Source: Neophaeotheca triangularis
Taxonomy: Eukaryota
DNA length: 64,000 nt
Reading direction: 5' to 3'
Assembly: GCA_054600435.1 (NCBI GenBank)
Contig: BAAIJX010000001.1
Span: forward strand, 372,001 to 436,000
How positions within the stretch are numbered: position 1 is the first letter of the stretch; every line of letters starts with the position of its first letter. The notes beneath the pieces are model-generated. The model made no database searches, was not told where the DNA came from, and saw nothing but the letters and a program-made list of their open reading frames with translations. This document shows positions 60,038-64,000 of this stretch, one piece after another. Position numbers and translations under genes: made by a program.

Positions 60038-60826
60038 TCACTTCCAAGTCGTGTAATCATCCACCTTGCCCAAGATCTCCTCACGCAACCCATTCGTATC
60101 CGCGCGGTTATACTGCACACCCCTTCCATACCAAGCCCTGGCGAAGAAGTTCTCGCGCCACATCCGCGTGTACGTGGCAGCGGAGTTGCGTTTGTCGTGA
60201 AGCTTGGCCCACCTGAAATCTGCAACAGCTTCGGCGTTGGGACGGGGGCGGAAGGGTTCGATGCCTTGCTCGTGCACCTTTTTGGAGATGGTCGTCGGTG
60301 CCACGTAGGTGGGGGACGCGGTGGTCCAGTCTTCGAAGGGATGGCGGGAGTCCAGGTAAGCGACGCCGTCGGGGGTTGTGTAGATGGAGAGGTAGAGCTG
60401 GTGGCTGAAGATGCGGGCTGGCGGAGACGGCAAGGGGGGATCTTGACATATCGCGGTGAGAACTTCGGCTGAAGTGTGGGCTGGGGGAGCTTGAGTTAGC
60501 ATTGCGTCTCGAGCAGATCGGTAGGAACGTGTCCTCGTTGTGTGAAACGTACCTGAGTAGATTTGCTGCTGTCGTAAGCTGCGGGCGTATTTCCAGACGC
60601 TATTCAGCACCCTGTCCCTCTCCTCCTTTTCAAGGCTAGGGAAAGCGACGATCTCTCCGTTCTCGTTCTTGACCAGTATCTGATCATTGCCGGTGCTTAC
60701 AAGGCGGTGATAAATGGTGCTTTGCTTGATTAGATTCCAAGCATCCTGTGCGGTGAAGAGGTTGTGCAGTTGACGCATGGGCTGCAGAGAGATTCCACGC
60801 TCGTCCATAATGGCTGGAGAAAGCAT
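60038..60826 (-). CDS. Hypothetical protein (~260 aa)
   Basis: Stand-alone ORF not overlapping another gene, with an aromatic-rich C-terminus (WAKLHDKRNSAATYTRMWRENFFARAWYGRG). No family recognised. Confidence 0.6.
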   Translation of the reverse strand: MLSPAIMDERGISLQPMRQLHNLFTAQDAWNLIKQSTIYHRLVSTGNDQILVKNENGEIVAFPSLEKEERDRVLNSVWKYARSLRQQQIYSGTFHTTRTRSYRSARDAMLTQAPPAHTSAEVLTAICQDPPLPSPPARIFSHQLYLSIYTTPDGVAYLDSRHPFEDWTTASPTYVAPTTISKKVHEQGIEPFRPRPNAEAVADFRWAKLHDKRNSAATYTRMWRENFFARAWYGRGVQYNRADTNGLREEILGKVDDYTTWK

Positions 60827-62228
60827 AGAGCTGTTAATGTTTGACAATAGAGGTACTGAACTTCTCGAAAGGGGTTTGAACGTGACCGGCTAATGTGATG
60901 TAACTGCTGTTGCTCTTTTGGCGGATGAAGTAGTGTGGTGTACCGCGTCCCAAAGCACTTGCCAGGCTAGGTTTGAGTGCTTTTATGAGAAGTCCAGTCA
61001 GTTGGTAGTATTGAGTCCCGTGCTGACAATGCTCAATGTGTTGCAGGGTAGAGGATGCTGAAGGAAGAGGGAGAAGCGTTCTGGAGAGAGGAAACCTGTG
61101 TCGTGCTCAGAAATTGTAGTGAAGTTAAGGTGCTTCTCAATTGAAATCTTGAAGTAGACTTGTAACATCAACGGTACAAATGAAGAAAATGCCGCAGGCT
61201 CGTTATACCCTGCCAGCGCGAAGCGGTTCTGACATTCGATCATCGAAGCTCCCAACGTGGTTCGTAAATGTGTTTCGGCATAATCTCTTCGCTTCCGTTT
61301 TTAAGATTCCATGTCGAATACAAGCGGATCGTCTTCGAGAGCGAGAGAAGACCACAATTCTCAGCTTATGGGTGCCTGCGAACTGCCAACCATTTACCAA
61401 CTGTGACTATGCGTGCAACCTGTGGCAGGGGATCGAGAGCTTCTCGGGCGTCTGTGAATGGCGAGTACAGGCCATTTTACTGTGATGGTACTGCAGCATC
61501 GAGACCTTCTTGAACCTTTTCCGGACATGCGAGTTTCCTCAAGTCGATTTCTTCAAAATAAGGTAGCGATCTCTGATCAATCCTTGTAGCTCACTCACGC
61601 CAGATTCAACGCTGCGGAGAGTTCTCAGTTGGAAAGGTACGCATTGTAGGGACTAAGCAATCGATGGTGAAGCCCTACCAGTACTGATATCGTCCGTTCC
61701 ATCTCGTACTTAGCTTGATCTATACCTAAGGCACTGTACCCTTTCGCTACTTCGCTGGAGGACTACGGCATCACTGTCGCGAGGACACAGAGCGCATCTG
61801 AATGATACTACGAAGGTGCCGTAGGTTCACACGCGAAGTCAACATTGCCAATCGTCAAAAGCAGCACACGGCAGAAAGACGCAGCAGGGCGGATATCAAA
61901 GATCGGGAAAGTATTCTTCTGGAGAGGAGCTATGAGGTATAGCTGATATAGAGTAGTCCTGCGACTGTAGCATTCAAGTACCAAACAAGAGCACCGTCCT
62001 GTTCAATGAGTTTTCGCAGAAGGCAGGCGGTATAGTGTCTCGGGAGTCGTGAGGAACCGCTGGCAGGTACATATGGCCAGGTGAAGTGCGGTCGTCAGCG
62101 AAGCTCCGCTTTTCCCCCTCGGCATTCATCAAAGCTTCACGTGATGGCGCGTTGCTTTCCAGATTCGTCCTCGAGTAGCTTGTAGACACCCGACAGCACC
62201 GGCTCGACCACGCCCATTCAACACTCAT

Positions 62229-64000
62229 ATGCTCTCCCCTGGTGCACTTTTGGCGCTACCGGCATGCCTACGCTGTCAACTGTACCAGGCTATTTTTCGC
62301 CCGAGACCCTCTGCAACCCTTACCGTCGGGGCGAAGTCATGTCGATTCCTCCACCACAGCAGTCGCAGGCTGCAAGACGTCGAAGGTGCCGAGAGAATCC
62401 TACCGGACGAAGGACGAGCACATCGCGGTGAACCTAGCCGGCACGACCGGTCCTACAAGTACCGACACATCTACCCCAATGGCCGAATCATCGGCAAGCC
62501 AGGTCAGAGGCAACGAGAGGTCACGCAATCACTGAGCATCGAGTCGTTGGACAAGCCCACGGAGATTGTCATGCTTCAAGACCTTTCGGAAGATCCCAAC
62601 AATGCTGCAAGTGGGAAAAGAAAGTCAAAGGCTGTCGTCAATGATATTGACCATGGCGAGAACACTGGCGGAGTGCTCAGCGCGAAGGACATCGAGGCCG
62701 CAGTGCAAGCTGGCGAGCGGCCAGCTGAGCAGGATGAGGTCAACGCATCTATAGAATCTATACGCCCGCAGACTACAGTACTGGAGCAGACGGAATTCGA
62801 TGGCCTCGTCGGTCGACTCACACGAGCCTATACTGCCCCTCAATTGTCCGCCTACCTGGACACGAACCTCGGGCGTCTGGCTGCCGAGCAGGGCGAAAAG
62901 GAGGGACGGTCAGAACAAATAGCTGTAGTCTCAGCTTGGAGGGTCGGCAGGACGTCGCTGAGCAGTCGAGTCCCCGTGCGACGTGCAAAAGGGAGCGGGC
63001 AAAAGGGGACGAACAAGACGCACACTGCTCGCCAGATCCTGCGATTGGTGTGGAACGTCGTAGTACATACGGAAGAACAAGCTCTCGGAGAAATGGAGAT
63101 AAAACTGGAGCCATGGCAGGTTGCTTGCCTGTTCGATCTAACACTCGAGCAGCAGCCTTTGTATCGCCAGCTGTTCACATCCGACTTCCTTCTTCGCGTG
63201 TCTGAAATTCGCCCATATCGAAAAGACAACGTCGTGCGCATCACTGCACGTCGACAGGACGCCGAGGAAATTGCTCGTTTGCTTCAAATTGGCCTACTGC
63301 ATTTCCGACGTTCGACTTTTGCATCATCGCTGTTCGAAGCTTTTCTGGGCAACCCAGGATGGCCATCAACTCTTGCCGAGCTGTTCAGTGATGAGGATGT
63401 ACGCGTGGTATCAGACCGGAGCAAAGCTCTCGTCACGAGAGAGCCGAATGGCGACATGACCATCTACGGTCGACGTTGGTCTGAGCGCCGTACAGCCTGG
63501 CGCTTACTGTTGTCGCTCCTTCATCTGCCTTCCGATGAGACCTTTTCGAGCTTGCTGCCTTTTCATCGCGCGAGTCGAGAGGATGGCAGTACGAAGAGAG
63601 ATGCTTTCGCTATGCTTCCAGTAAGCAGCAGTGGTTTGCAGTTGCGCTTGAGACGCCGGAATTGGTACAGATTCACGGCACTGCACAAAGCATATGAGTC
63701 TGCGCACGGCCCTGAAGACAATTCTGATCATGCTGAGTCTGATGTGCAAGATGATGCGTCATGTAAGGATCGCTATCTCGAAGCAGCGTCCCATCTATCA
63801 GAAATCACTCCCAAAGCCGGCAACCTTCAAGAATCGCACTCCACGAAGCGTTTCGAGCCTGAAATTGCTCCACAGAATAACTGGGAGCTCACCGAGGATG
63901 GTGCGACAGCTTGGCGAGCCAGCGTAGGAAGACTCGTCTACCACGTCCCAGACTCAAGCTCGGGCAGGGTAGCGAGGTCCAAAGGGGACTTTATATCAGG
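62229..64000 (+). CDS. SLS1: Mitochondrial inner-membrane-bound regulator Sls1-like; runs off the window end and is missing from the ORF track
   Basis: Presequence-like MLSPGALLALPACLRCQ...RFLHHSSRRLQ, then GRIIGKPGQRQRE, EVNASIESIRP, RLTRAYTAPQLSAYL, ILRLVWNV...EEQALGEME and VRITARRQDAEEI. Confidence 0.8.
   Translation, partial: MLSPGALLALPACLRCQLYQAIFRPRPSATLTVGAKSCRFLHHSSRRLQDVEGAERILPDEGRAHRGEPSRHDRSYKYRHIYPNGRIIGKPGQRQREVTQSLSIESLDKPTEIVMLQDLSEDPNNAASGKRKSKAVVNDIDHGENTGGVLSAKDIEAAVQAGERPAEQDEVNASIESIRPQTTVLEQTEFDGLVGRLTRAYTAPQLSAYLDTNLGRLAAEQGEKEGRSEQIAVVSAWRVGRTSLSSRVPVRRAKGSGQKGTNKTHTARQILRLVWNVVVHTEEQALGEMEIKLEPWQVACLFDLTLEQQPLYRQLFTSDFLLRVSEIRPYRKDNVVRITARRQDAEEIARLLQIGLLHFRRSTFASSLFEAFLGNPGWPSTLAELFSDEDVRVVSDRSKALVTREPNGDMTIYGRRWSERRTAWRLLLSLLHLPSDETFSSLLPFHRASREDGSTKRDAFAMLPVSSSGLQLRLRRRNWYRFTALHKAYESAHGPEDNSDHAESDVQDDASCKDRYLEAASHLSEITPKAGNLQESHSTKRFEPEIAPQNNWELTEDGATAWRASVGRLVYHVPDSSSGRVARSKGDFIS

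Overview
Eukaryotic, gene-dense fungal DNA with short GT-AG introns and CTAAC/CTGAC branch points. It is a filamentous ascomycete, and the protein sequences look Dothideomycete-like (inference). About 27 protein-coding genes can be supported: TOP3 (3' part), VAM7, a divergent RLP24/PAM18 pair, a DUF3074-type protein, parvulin PIN4, a SprT-like/BTB fusion, a PMP22/WSC-type peroxisomal protein, DCN1, a CCCH zinc-finger protein, aprataxin HNT3, MVP1, an m-AAA protease, a nucleoside hydrolase, a glyoxalase-like protein, STB3, a ferric reductase-like protein, an alpha/beta hydrolase, a secreted Ser/Thr-rich protein, an AtrR-type Zn2Cys6 factor, a GH5 glucanase, SLS1 (5' part) and several hypotheticals. 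I found no rRNA, tRNA, CRISPR or intact transposon. The most notable observations are: (1) an unannotated upstream DCN1 exon that splices in frame into the third codon of the short form and adds an NLS-like peptide, plus an unusually long ORF-containing second intron; (2) a 19-codon small ORF with strong start context and apparent spliced leader inside a ~6.6 kb microsatellite-rich gene desert; (3) a SprT-like domain lacking the catalytic Glu fused to BTB; (4) a TGA-interrupted pseudogene; (5) uORFs and a CGG-N12-CCG site upstream of atrR. All family calls come from motif recognition by eye; no searches were run.
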